A stretch of DNA of 64,000 nucleotides. It comes from Candidatus Latescibacterota bacterium (lineage in GTDB: Bacteria > Latescibacterota > UBA2968 > UBA8231). The stretch covers positions 864,001-928,000 of the forward strand of contig CBDAOB010000005.1 in the NCBI GenBank assembly GCA_965197905.1, in the 5' to 3' direction. The translations under genes were made by a program, and so were the position numbers. Positions 29,855 through 39,586 of the stretch are shown piece after piece (within the stretch, counting starts at the first letter, position 1; each line of letters begins with the position of its first letter). The notes beneath the pieces were generated by a model. It was not told the DNA's origin. It saw only the letters and a list, made by a program, of their open reading frames with translations, and did no database searches.

Positions 29855-32080
29855 ATGCCCGGTGTCGGCTCTACCGAAGAGAGACTGAAGGAAAAACCGT
29901 ACGAAGCCCGGGTTTGTCGCCTGGAGCGCTACCCCAACTGCCTGCCCTCGATACATCGCACTCAAGAGGAGCGGGACGAGGCGCGGGCGGCCGCCGTGTC
30001 CATGGAGGAGGAGATTGAGGCGATGCTGGCCATCGGTGTGGACGTGTGGGTGATCGGCGGCCAGCGGGACCGTGGATGGCCGCTGTTTCAGTCGAAGATG
30101 GTCGATCCGCCCGAGGATGTGGATTTCGAATCCACCCACAGGTTTATCGATCTGGCCCACGAGAAGGGCATGATCTTGCTTTCCTACTACCCGTTCATTT
30201 TCACCAAACCCCTCATGGAGAAACATCCCGACTGGATGATCGGCATGCTGGATGACGGGGGTGAGGAGGTTTGGAACGAAGGCTGGTTCTGCTGGAACTC
30301 TCCGTACCGCGACTGGCTCGGCGACTACATGGTCGAGCTGCTCGACTGCCTGGATCTGGACGGCCTCTATTTGGACGACATGAACTGGGGATCCCACTCC
30401 GACGAAGGTCAACGACGAACCGGAGGCTGCACCTGCAAGTACTGCCGGCAGCTCTACCTCGAAGAGACCGCCAAGGAGCTGCCGACCCGGGTCGACATGA
30501 GGGATGTGGAATTCAAGCGCTACGTAAACTGGCGCTACGAAAAGTTCTGCGAAGGGGTGCGGCACGTGAACAAGAAGATCCACCAGGCGCACCCCCACGC
30601 CATCGTCGATGTCAATTACTACGGTCGCCCGTACGGCGCGCCGGACATCGGCTGGAAGTCGGCTCACCCCATGAACCGAATCGATCTGGACAGTTACCTC
30701 TTTGTCGAGGCGGGGCTCGACAACCTCGGATGGTCGGTGCCGGCCAAGCTCTGCCATGCGCACGGTACCTCCTTCGGAATGCTCCAGTTCCAGAGCCAGT
30801 CGTTGCCGGAAGGGGCATCTCAGAGCGCCCCGTTCCCGGAGCCGTACTCGTCTGCCCTGTGTGGGTTGACAGCCGTCGCCCACGGCGGCGCCTACATCAA
30901 CTGCGCCATTCAGATTACCAGTGGGGGCGAGCACTCGCTTTACACGGATGCGGCGAAGTACGTCAACGACGAGATGAAGAAGCTGCAACCGTATGTGGAA
31001 CGGGAGTCAGTGAAACATGTGGCCATGCATTTCTCGCAACAGACACGCGATTTCGGCTATCCGAATGCGCCGGACGATTTCTGGCGGGCGATCAAAGGGT
31101 ATCATCAGATGCTCAGTCGTTCCCAGTGCCTGATCGACTACGTCTTCGACGGCGAGCTGACCTATCAAACCATCGCCGACTATCCGGTTTTGGTGTTGCC
31201 AAACAGCAGCTGTCTGACCAGCGCGCAGGCGGAAGATATTCGCCGCTACGTGGAGGATGGTGGAACCCTGGTGGCGACCCACGAATCCTCGCTCCTGGAC
31301 GAGCTCGGCGAAAAGCGTGAGACCCTGCTGCTTGCCGATACCCTCGGCGTCGACTACGAAGGACCGGATGCCGTAGAGCAGCGAGAGGCGAACGAGACTG
31401 ACGCTCTGTGGGAGAAGAACTGGTTCGGCAGCGTCGTCGAGCGCTCCGAATGCGCCACCTATCTTCCCCACGACGAGGGGGTACGAGAAGCGTGCGGCAA
31501 GCTCATCGCCTTTGGAGCACCCCAGTCGAGAGTCAAGGCACGCTCGGGCACCGGCGTCCTATGCACCAAAAGCACCTTGATGTGGACCAAGAATCCGCCG
31601 CTCTACCATTACAATCCGGCCAAAAACCAAGACTCGGGGATCCCCACCATAACGGTGAACCATGTTGGCAAGGGCCGCGCTATCTATATCGCCGCCGATA
31701 TGGGCAGCGGTTACGAGCGGAATCCGCTGCCGCAGACAAAACGCTTGTTCGCGTACCTGGTGGGATTGGCAAATGCCCCGCTGGAGATCGCCGGACCAGG
31801 CGTGGTCGAAGTGACGGCGTGGAAGCGTTCAGAGGATGAAACGGCGATTCATCTCTTGAACAACTCCACTCGCAACGCACCCTGGGGCACGGCTCGTGGC
31901 GTACTCGGTACCCACTTCTACGTTGAGGAACTGATCCCGGTGCGCGATATCCGAGTTCGGGCCAACGGTTCGAAGATCTCGCGGGTCTGGCTGCCGTTCA
32001 GCGATATCGAGCTGGACCCCCAGGAGATCGTCGTGCCCGAGCTGAACCTTCAGGAGCTGGTGTTGCTGAAGCTTGGTTAG
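29855..32080 (+). CDS. Putative glycoside hydrolase (TIM barrel plus beta-galactosidase trimerisation-like domain)
   Basis: HPDW, CWNSPYR, DGLYLD, CTCKYC; C-terminal YPVLVLPN...YVEDGGTLVAT...GKGRAIY. Confidence 0.7.
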   Translation: MPGVGSTEERLKEKPYEARVCRLERYPNCLPSIHRTQEERDEARAAAVSMEEEIEAMLAIGVDVWVIGGQRDRGWPLFQSKMVDPPEDVDFESTHRFIDLAHEKGMILLSYYPFIFTKPLMEKHPDWMIGMLDDGGEEVWNEGWFCWNSPYRDWLGDYMVELLDCLDLDGLYLDDMNWGSHSDEGQRRTGGCTCKYCRQLYLEETAKELPTRVDMRDVEFKRYVNWRYEKFCEGVRHVNKKIHQAHPHAIVDVNYYGRPYGAPDIGWKSAHPMNRIDLDSYLFVEAGLDNLGWSVPAKLCHAHGTSFGMLQFQSQSLPEGASQSAPFPEPYSSALCGLTAVAHGGAYINCAIQITSGGEHSLYTDAAKYVNDEMKKLQPYVERESVKHVAMHFSQQTRDFGYPNAPDDFWRAIKGYHQMLSRSQCLIDYVFDGELTYQTIADYPVLVLPNSSCLTSAQAEDIRRYVEDGGTLVATHESSLLDELGEKRETLLLADTLGVDYEGPDAVEQREANETDALWEKNWFGSVVERSECATYLPHDEGVREACGKLIAFGAPQSRVKARSGTGVLCTKSTLMWTKNPPLYHYNPAKNQDSGIPTITVNHVGKGRAIYIAADMGSGYERNPLPQTKRLFAYLVGLANAPLEIAGPGVVEVTAWKRSEDETAIHLLNNSTRNAPWGTARGVLGTHFYVEELIPVRDIRVRANGSKISRVWLPFSDIELDPQEIVVPELNLQELVLLKLG

Positions 32081-32107
32081 CCCGGTGCTGTCGATCGGTC
32101 CAGCGAT

Positions 32108-34186
32108 TCAAGGCGGGTCCTGCCGTTGTCGCACCAGCCAGGGGCCTGGAGATTCTGCCAGGGCGGACTCCAGCTTGGAATGTGCTAGGTCCCGTTGGCT
32201 CTGCGACCGTGAGAGGTCGAAGAGTTCCACCGTGTCCTCGATCGGGAACAGCGCGTCCCCGAGATCGTTCGCGTTCAAGCGACGACGATGTGCCGGCATT
32301 CCGTCGTTCATAGCGACGATCAACACGTAACGCACGGAAGCGCTGCCGGCGGCGGCCAATCGATAATCACCCGATACGGATACGCTGAAGCGTCCGCTCC
32401 CGCCGAACTTGCCCAGCCCATCCTTACTTGCGAACAGGAGACTGTTCAAGCAGCAGGTTACGTGATACGCCGGCCGCGGGTTGGATAGACGGTCCAAAAG
32501 TCCGTGGCTTACATCGTTGGTGCGGTCGAGATCCACGAACGGCGACAGGAAGATGCGCAATCCTGGGCTCAGGGCCGCGGCAAAAATCGCTGCTGCAGTC
32601 CTGTCGGCGTGCGCCTGCTCGTCGGTGCCCGGCAACTCGACCACCAGGTCGAATCCCTTCACCTGGTTTAACGGTAATGATCGAGCGATGACCGCCACCG
32701 CTTCAGGAGGGTCGCCGCTGTCATCAAGGTGACACAGCGCTCGATCCAGGATGCTCTGATGGGTCCGCAAGTGCGCGTCCAGCTGCGGCAGCTCCTCGGG
32801 GCGATACCCGATGCGCGCCCGCGGATGATACGTGGCGGGACTCACCTCCCGCGCGAGGTAAGGGGCCAGGACGATCTCCTTGCCGAGGGTTTCCCGGCAT
32901 TCGCTCAGCGCCTCCAAACATCCCTCGCTGGGCCACAGGTCACCCGTAATCTGTACCTCGATGGTATCCACCATCTCCTCATGCGGTTGCGTCAGGTGGT
33001 TTAGCGGCAGTCCCTCGCGCCACAGCCAGAACGCGGAGATGCGCACCCCTTCCTGGCGCAGCAACTGCAGTCGTTCCCGCTGCAGAGTACTGGTTAGATC
33101 CGCCGCGGGGATCCGCACATGACCCAGTCCCGCTTCGGTGCAGGCAAGAAAGGGATGATCGTCCCGTACCCGCTGACGCAGGGCGCTGGGCCACGCCACG
33201 GCACCTTCATCCAGGTGTGCCAGGGGCCGGCGCAGATAGGTGCCGACTGGCGATGCCAACTCCTTCGAAGTCAACGTCAGCAGACGTTCTTGGCGTGTGG
33301 GGCGATCCGTGTCCGGGAGTTCAGTGCGGATGAAGTGGGTGGTGCAATCCTTCTCGTGTACCCTGACCAGGTAGAAACCGAGCTTCGCCCGGTCGTTGCG
33401 TCCCTGCTCCTCGGGCGGAGAAACGGAAAAGGCTTCGTAGAAACCTGCTCTCGAGGTGGTGGTGGAAGCGCAGACTCGAAACTGCGTAGCGCCCAACCGG
33501 TTGAAGACACGAAAGTGGGTGTGGCCGCAAAAAACCAATTCCACACCATAGATTTCCATCTGTTCGAGCAACCAGCTACGGGCGGGCTCGTCGAGACTGT
33601 TGTAGAAGCCGCGGTCGGGTTCGTTGCGATCCACGAAAAACGGCGGCAGGTGCATGAAGAGAAAGATTCGTTTGCCGCGGCTTTCATCCAGGTCGCTTTC
33701 GAGCCACGAGGTCTGTTCAGCGGCCGCCGGCAAGCGCCCGTTCATGATCTGGGTGTTCAACACGACGAAATGCATGCCGTGACGATCAAAGCTGTACCAG
33801 GAGGGTCCGACCTGCCGATGGTAGATATCCAGGGTTTCCTGAGACACCCAATCGGCGAACATGGTGGCATCTGGTTTGTCCCCTATGTCCATGTTTCCGG
33901 GCACGTGTTTAGGTTGAAGGCCACTCTTGCGGATCTGCTCGAGCGCGTTCTTGCGGGCTTGAGGATGTTCGGTCTTGGGGGGATTCTCCTCGGTCAGGTC
34001 CCCGAGGTGCACCGCAAATTCCGCTCCCAGTACCGCCGCTTGTTCCAGGGCGCGCTCAACCCGAGCGGGCCACTCTCGCACCGAGCTGAACTCAACGGCG
34101 TACGGTTCCGGATTCAAGATGTAGTGGGTGTCGCTGATAACGACGAACTCGAAGAGAGCGGGGGGTAGCAGGTGACGATCGAACAT
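32108..34186 (-). CDS. Calcineurin-like metallophosphoesterase with large C-terminal extension
   Basis: ISDTH, HLGD, PGNMD, FMHLP, CGHTH. Confidence 0.8.
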   Translation of the reverse strand: MFDRHLLPPALFEFVVISDTHYILNPEPYAVEFSSVREWPARVERALEQAAVLGAEFAVHLGDLTEENPPKTEHPQARKNALEQIRKSGLQPKHVPGNMDIGDKPDATMFADWVSQETLDIYHRQVGPSWYSFDRHGMHFVVLNTQIMNGRLPAAAEQTSWLESDLDESRGKRIFLFMHLPPFFVDRNEPDRGFYNSLDEPARSWLLEQMEIYGVELVFCGHTHFRVFNRLGATQFRVCASTTTSRAGFYEAFSVSPPEEQGRNDRAKLGFYLVRVHEKDCTTHFIRTELPDTDRPTRQERLLTLTSKELASPVGTYLRRPLAHLDEGAVAWPSALRQRVRDDHPFLACTEAGLGHVRIPAADLTSTLQRERLQLLRQEGVRISAFWLWREGLPLNHLTQPHEEMVDTIEVQITGDLWPSEGCLEALSECRETLGKEIVLAPYLAREVSPATYHPRARIGYRPEELPQLDAHLRTHQSILDRALCHLDDSGDPPEAVAVIARSLPLNQVKGFDLVVELPGTDEQAHADRTAAAIFAAALSPGLRIFLSPFVDLDRTNDVSHGLLDRLSNPRPAYHVTCCLNSLLFASKDGLGKFGGSGRFSVSVSGDYRLAAAGSASVRYVLIVAMNDGMPAHRRRLNANDLGDALFPIEDTVELFDLSRSQSQRDLAHSKLESALAESPGPWLVRQRQDPP

Positions 34187-34263
34187 GCTCGTGCCAGGGA
34201 TTTAGAGGATACAGGCGATTTTCTGCGGCGCCGTGCTACAATCTCGGTAAGTGTACCCACAGA

Positions 34264-35136
34264 TCAAAGCGTCAGCTCGCTGACCTCCAGCGCCAGGAAC
34301 AAGACGATCGACACGACGAACAACGCGGTCCAGCGAAGGTTCAGATCCGGACGGGCACACATGAACAGAATACCGAGAAGTGCGAAAAACGAGAACTCTG
34401 GCCGCACGAGAAAGGTCCCCCAGAGAAAGAGCAGCATGAGGAGCGGCATCAGACGGTGTTTGAACGCGCGGTGCCACGCGAGGGCGAGGAACAGGCCGAC
34501 TTCGAACAGCAGAATCGAAACGGCGGCTCCTCGAACCAGGAGAGAAAAGCCGGCCATTGGAAGCTCGATGGGCAGCTGGCTGCCGACCAGCGCCGGATCG
34601 CTGGATATCAGATCGAACTGATGCTCGAACGCCCGCGTTGCGCCATCGAGTCCTTCGTAGATCCAGGCAAGCGGCCAGTAAAGGGTCCCGCCGGTTAGAA
34701 CGTAGTCCGCCATCAGACGGCCGCTGAGGAAATAGGGTGAGATCGCTTTTTGCAGGATGGCGAGACCGAACACGACGATCAGCAACGCCCTGGGCAGGTT
34801 GAAGGCAAGCTCATCGCCCCGTGATCTTCGATACGTCTCCAGCGCCAGAATGGCGAGGGCGTAGATCGTCAGGTAGTAGTGGTTTGCGGCGTGGGCGTAG
34901 CTGTAGAGGAGATCAGCTGCGAGAAGAAGGGTGACGGCGAGCCAGTAGGCCGGCCACCGGGTCACCGGCGGTACGACGATGGCAAACAGACTCAGAAAGG
35001 CGACGCCGAACCTTACCACATTGGAGATGCCGTCGTGAGTCGCCACCAAAACCACCAGATAAACCCAGGTGCCGGCGCGCGCTACCATGCCGGCGTTTAC
35101 CCGTTCCCACTCGAAGATCTGGTGCAGATGTTTCAC
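34264..35136 (-). CDS. Hypothetical membrane protein (HTTM-like)
   Basis: Multiple TM segments, ANHYYL and QKAISPYFLSG motifs. Confidence 0.55.
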   Translation of the reverse strand: MKHLHQIFEWERVNAGMVARAGTWVYLVVLVATHDGISNVVRFGVAFLSLFAIVVPPVTRWPAYWLAVTLLLAADLLYSYAHAANHYYLTIYALAILALETYRRSRGDELAFNLPRALLIVVFGLAILQKAISPYFLSGRLMADYVLTGGTLYWPLAWIYEGLDGATRAFEHQFDLISSDPALVGSQLPIELPMAGFSLLVRGAAVSILLFEVGLFLALAWHRAFKHRLMPLLMLLFLWGTFLVRPEFSFFALLGILFMCARPDLNLRWTALFVVSIVLFLALEVSELTL

Positions 35137-35627
35137 AGCGGCCGCCGCGCAACTGCATGGCAGCGCAGGCTGCGCAAATCCTCCGATATTAGAATCTCCA
35201 CGATCTGCAGCTCCAGATTCGCGATGGGAAGAAGCCCGGCAACAGATTCCTCGCCCCCATGGTCGTCCAACAGCTGTCGATATGATTCCGCAAGATCGGC
35301 GAGCTCGGCCCCTGCGGGCCAGTCTCGGCTTTCGTATGCATCGTCGCGCAGGCGCCGTAGGGAGAGCTGCAGATCGGTCTCCCGGCGATTGCGATCGTAG
35401 ATTCGATCGTCCGGTGGATAGAGCCGGACGGCCGCCCTTTTCTCGCTGACGGAACCGGTGACCCAGACGAAGCGGCTATGCCTGGGGTGGGAATCGGCGT
35501 ACATGCCGAACCCGCCGCCGCGCCAGCTGGTTAGATCGGAATACTGGGAACGGAGGATCTGGACGGTGGCTACTGCCAGCGGTATCAGCAGCAGCAGGGT
35601 TTCCAGCTGGAACAGCTTGTTCTTCAC
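35133..35627 (-). CDS. Hypothetical protein with N-terminal TM anchor
   Basis: Hydrophobic N-terminus then LTSWRGGGFGMYA; stop overlaps the next start; start uncertain. Confidence 0.55.
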   Translation of the reverse strand: MKNKLFQLETLLLLIPLAVATVQILRSQYSDLTSWRGGGFGMYADSHPRHSRFVWVTGSVSEKRAAVRLYPPDDRIYDRNRRETDLQLSLRRLRDDAYESRDWPAGAELADLAESYRQLLDDHGGEESVAGLLPIANLELQIVEILISEDLRSLRCHAVARRPL

Positions 35628-35775
35628 GATCTCGATTCCAGGGTTCGGTTTCTGCAATCGCCAAACGTTGATCCTGTCAGGCAACGAAAGCTTACCCGTT
35701 TGAGTGGTTCTGCTCAAGACAGTCGCCGAGAGTTGACCGTGACCGTGACCGTCGCCGTCGTTACTTCTCGCCTCT

Positions 35776-36972
35776 ATGCAACATCCCCTTTCTCCCGGCG
35801 AGGTGGAGTTCTGGCAGGGTGTCCGCAAGGAGTTCTACCTGCGGGACGACATCACCTACCTGCAGGGGGGTACCGTCGGTCCGTCGGCGCGACCCACCAT
35901 CGAGCGAGTTGCCGAGCTGCTGCGGAAGCTCGAAGAAGATCCTCTGCACCATCGATACAGCGGTCTGCTCCCCGAGGCCCGAGAGCGCTCGCGGGAGAAA
36001 CTGGCCAGGTTTGTCGGTGCGCGACCGGAACGGATCGCCTTGGTCCTCAATACCACCATGGCCATGAACATACCCGCGCGGGGTCTTCAGTACGAGGAGG
36101 GTGGGGAGATCTTGATGAGCGATCAGGAATACTCCTCGACGCGCAACATCTGGGAAGTGACGGCACGACGGCACGGTCTGTCGGTTCGTTTCGCCGAGCT
36201 GCCCATGATGCCAGCCGACCCCGAAGAGATCGTCGATGCCTTTGCCGGGGGCATAACTGGAAAAACCGAAGTGGTGTTGTTCAGTCACGTCTATTTTACC
36301 ACCGGCCTGGTGGCGCCGGTCAAAAGCTTGACCGAGCTGGCGCACGAGAAGGGTGCGGTAGCAGTCGTAGACGGTGCACATGCAATCGGTATGGTGCCTC
36401 TCGAGTTGGATGAATGGGACTGTGATTTTTACGGATCCAGCTGCCACAAATGGCTACTGGCGCCGAAAGGAGTTGGCATGGCGTACGTCGCCGAGCGCCA
36501 CGCCGGCAACATGGAACCGCCGCTGCTCGGTTATCCGTTGAAGGAGTCGACCGACGCAGACCGTTTTGAGGTGCCCGGTGTCAGCGATTGGACCCACGCG
36601 GCGGCGTTGGAGACCGCTCTCGATTTTCAACTGCAGATCGGGTGGGAGGACCGCATCCGGCCCTATTGCCTGGCGCTGGCCCGGTATCTGAAGGAACGAG
36701 TCTTGAGCGAGATTCCCGAAGCACACCTGACTGTCCCGTGGGACGACGAGATGTCCGGTTTCATCACCAGTTTTTTCGTCGAAGGTTTCGATGCTGAAAA
36801 GGTGTGTCGTCATTTATGGGAAGAGTGCCGTATCGAAGTCGTGAACACCAACGCTTACGGACACAGCTGTTTTCGGGTATCGACCCATTTTTACGCCTCA
36901 TTTGCGGACCTAGACCTTTTCCTCGAGGCGCTCAAGGACACGTTGAAACGCACGGATATGAAACTCGCGTAG
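35776..36972 (+). CDS. Aminotransferase class V PLP enzyme (isopenicillin N epimerase/cysteine desulfurase-like)
   Basis: NTT, VDGAHAIG, SCHKWLLAPKGVG, RVSTHFY. Confidence 0.88.
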   Translation: MQHPLSPGEVEFWQGVRKEFYLRDDITYLQGGTVGPSARPTIERVAELLRKLEEDPLHHRYSGLLPEARERSREKLARFVGARPERIALVLNTTMAMNIPARGLQYEEGGEILMSDQEYSSTRNIWEVTARRHGLSVRFAELPMMPADPEEIVDAFAGGITGKTEVVLFSHVYFTTGLVAPVKSLTELAHEKGAVAVVDGAHAIGMVPLELDEWDCDFYGSSCHKWLLAPKGVGMAYVAERHAGNMEPPLLGYPLKESTDADRFEVPGVSDWTHAAALETALDFQLQIGWEDRIRPYCLALARYLKERVLSEIPEAHLTVPWDDEMSGFITSFFVEGFDAEKVCRHLWEECRIEVVNTNAYGHSCFRVSTHFYASFADLDLFLEALKDTLKRTDMKLA

Positions 36973-36978
36973 AAGTCT

Positions 36979-38397
36979 GTGCCGATACGGCCGCCACGCA
37001 AGAACCTGGAAAGAGTGACTATCTACGATCTGAGATTCGAACCCGCAAACGGTGATCGCCAGCTGTTTCTAGACGACCACGGGATTCAACACATCGAGAA
37101 TCTCGTTCGCACGTTACATCCTCCCGCTAAGAAGGGAGCCGTCATCCGTCCCGTCCTCGGGATCGATCCCCCATGTCTCCAGATCCGTTCGGCGCCGATC
37201 TGGGATCCCGAAAAGGAACGGTTCCGCTTCTGGGGCGGTGGTTCGGTGCGAGAGAGCACGGACGGCCTCAACTGGAGTATCGTCGCACCGTATTCAGGTC
37301 CGGCTCTGGTGGTCTACGACGGCGATGATCCCGACCCCGGTCGGAGATACAAGGCATTCTCGCCCGGCCATCGGGCGGTATCTCCAGACGGAGACACCTG
37401 GAGAACCCTTGATCTGCCTCCGGTTCCCAGCCAGGACGAGCACAACTTCTCCTTTGACCAGCGCAAGAGACTGTTCATCGCGACGGTCAAACATGCCGGG
37501 CCCCACGGGCGGTCTGTCTGGCTCTCCACCAGCGAGGATTTCGACACCTGGACCGAACCGGAGCTGATGTTCCATGCCGATGAGGTGGATCAGCTGATGG
37601 GTCGTGAGCGCATACAGGAGCGATTCGCCGATCCCAATCTCGCCTCTCCGTTTTTCGATTTTCCACCGTTCTACAACGTCGACATCTACAACATGTCGGT
37701 CTTTCGCTATGAGAGTGTCTACCTCGGTTTTCCGATGATGTATTGCCAGACCGGCAAGGTAAGCGGAAGCTGGCCCGACTTCGCCAACTGGGAGCTCTCG
37801 GAGGAGATGCGATCCATATTCCAGCGCGACGGGGACTGGACCGGTTTTCATCCCGTCCAATTCGCCTGGAGTCGGGACCTTCGACAATGGGCGCGTCCCC
37901 CTGAAAGGAACCCGTTCATCGACCTCTCACTACTGGGAGGCGGCGACCTCGATCTCACTTCAGTGACCCCACCCTCATTTCCCCTGGTGCGCGACGATGA
38001 ACTCTGGCTCTACTACAACGGCGGCAGACAGTACGGTGGACCGGAACCGAAGCGGGGGGTGGACCAAGAGATGTGCGGTACCTGCCTGGCGGTGATCCGC
38101 CGGGACGGATTCGTCTCGCTGGACGCTGGAGCCGAAGAGGGCGTACTGATTACCAAGCCGTTTCGATTCGCGGGAGAGAGCTTGTTTCTCAATACACAGG
38201 CACCTGTCGGGGAGGTTCGGGCGGAACTGCTCGCAGCCGACGGCACGGCCGCATGCACCTCTGAACCGCTCTCGGGTGACCTCCCTAACGCAGCTTTTCA
38301 ATGGCGGCAGGGGGACCCGGTGACCGTCCGTGATCAGGAGGTCACGCTGCGTCTGGCAGCGCGGGATGCACAGCTGTTCTCCTACTGGATCGAATAG
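36979..38397 (+). CDS. Putative five-bladed beta-propeller glycoside hydrolase-like protein
   Basis: RQLFLDD, STDGLNW, DPGRRYK, SRDLRQW, RRDGFVSLDA, LFSYW pattern. Confidence 0.6.
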   Translation: MPIRPPRKNLERVTIYDLRFEPANGDRQLFLDDHGIQHIENLVRTLHPPAKKGAVIRPVLGIDPPCLQIRSAPIWDPEKERFRFWGGGSVRESTDGLNWSIVAPYSGPALVVYDGDDPDPGRRYKAFSPGHRAVSPDGDTWRTLDLPPVPSQDEHNFSFDQRKRLFIATVKHAGPHGRSVWLSTSEDFDTWTEPELMFHADEVDQLMGRERIQERFADPNLASPFFDFPPFYNVDIYNMSVFRYESVYLGFPMMYCQTGKVSGSWPDFANWELSEEMRSIFQRDGDWTGFHPVQFAWSRDLRQWARPPERNPFIDLSLLGGGDLDLTSVTPPSFPLVRDDELWLYYNGGRQYGGPEPKRGVDQEMCGTCLAVIRRDGFVSLDAGAEEGVLITKPFRFAGESLFLNTQAPVGEVRAELLAADGTAACTSEPLSGDLPNAAFQWRQGDPVTVRDQEVTLRLAARDAQLFSYWIE

Positions 38398-38463
38398 TAC
38401 CTGCTGCGGAAAGCTGAATAGGGTTGAGCGGAGTGCTTGAGTTTGCGGACGTTGTGCCGCCGG

Positions 38464-39519
38464 TTAGGCGAAGCTGGGAGCGTCTGAAGGAACCCGATAG
38501 CCGACGCGACCGCTGACCAGATCTGCCACCTGCACCAGCTCACCACCCCGCTCCGCCGATAGATTCGCCCCTAAAACTGCCGCCAGGGTATTGATTCCAT
38601 CCCCATAAGGACTGAGAGTCTTCGCCGGGTCCCCGCTGCGAACTGCTGCGACGAATGCCCTGGCCTGCAAGGCAAACGCACTATCGGTCCGGTCAGATTC
38701 CCACACGGTCTCACCGTTCTCCACCACCTTGCCACGGCCCCACTCGATCAGGCAGTCGTCGCCAACAACCAGCAGCTGGCGCGATGAAGCGCCGCTTTCC
38801 AGCATCACTCGCGAGGTCGTCGCATTCGCCGTGATGCCGTTGGTCAAGCGGTAATTCACGTTGTAGACATGGGGCAGGTTCATCGGTTCTGGACCTTCGC
38901 CCTTCTTGCGGACCACGTAGAACGCGGAGGTCGCCTCGAAGTCGGCGGCGGTCAGATAGCGCAGCAGATCTATTCGGTGGATGGTATTTTCGACAAAGGA
39001 TCCGCCGCAGAGCTCGTAGCGGCTGGTCCAGTAGCGCTGCGGTTTGCCACTATAGATTGCGTGGATCAACGCGTGGCGCACCGTGCGCTCCCGTAAGAGT
39101 TCCCGTGCCACGTGGGCGGCGGGCTCGTAGCGAGTGACGAAACCAACCTGGGTGATGATGCCCGCTTTCTGCACGGCCGCGTTGTACTCCAGCGCCGTGG
39201 ACATATCCAGGCTCTGGGGCTTCTCCACGAACACCGCTATACCCTTGTCGGCGGCCATCAGCAGCTCGTCGGTGTGGCTCGTCGGTGGGATACACAGGTA
39301 GAGAGCGTCCAGCTCCTCCCTGTCGAGCATTTCGCGATGGTTGCTGTAGACGGTCCGGGGCTTGTAGGTTTTGACTTGCTTGTCGAGCAGCACCTCGTCG
39401 AGGTCGCAAAAGGACTGGAACACCACTTCGTCCTTCTCCACCAGCGGCGCCAACGCCGGCAGATGAGCCAGCGTAGGGATCTGTCCCAGACCAATAAATC
39501 CAAGTCGTACCGGTTCCAT
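38464..39519 (-). CDS. Gfo/Idh/MocA oxidoreductase
   Basis: GFIGLGQI, VFVEKP, GFVTRY, IHRIDLLRY. Confidence 0.9.
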   Translation of the reverse strand: MEPVRLGFIGLGQIPTLAHLPALAPLVEKDEVVFQSFCDLDEVLLDKQVKTYKPRTVYSNHREMLDREELDALYLCIPPTSHTDELLMAADKGIAVFVEKPQSLDMSTALEYNAAVQKAGIITQVGFVTRYEPAAHVARELLRERTVRHALIHAIYSGKPQRYWTSRYELCGGSFVENTIHRIDLLRYLTAADFEATSAFYVVRKKGEGPEPMNLPHVYNVNYRLTNGITANATTSRVMLESGASSRQLLVVGDDCLIEWGRGKVVENGETVWESDRTDSAFALQARAFVAAVRSGDPAKTLSPYGDGINTLAAVLGANLSAERGGELVQVADLVSGRVGYRVPSDAPSFA

Positions 39520-39586
39520 CGCCTCGACCCGTAGAATCCTGCTGGTGCTAGATTACTCCTTGTAATAGCTCGAGCAGGGGAATGTA

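Noticed and set aside
35734..35760. Short tandem hexamer (TGACCG)x3 plus degenerate copies
   Set aside because: Too short to support a contingency locus or array
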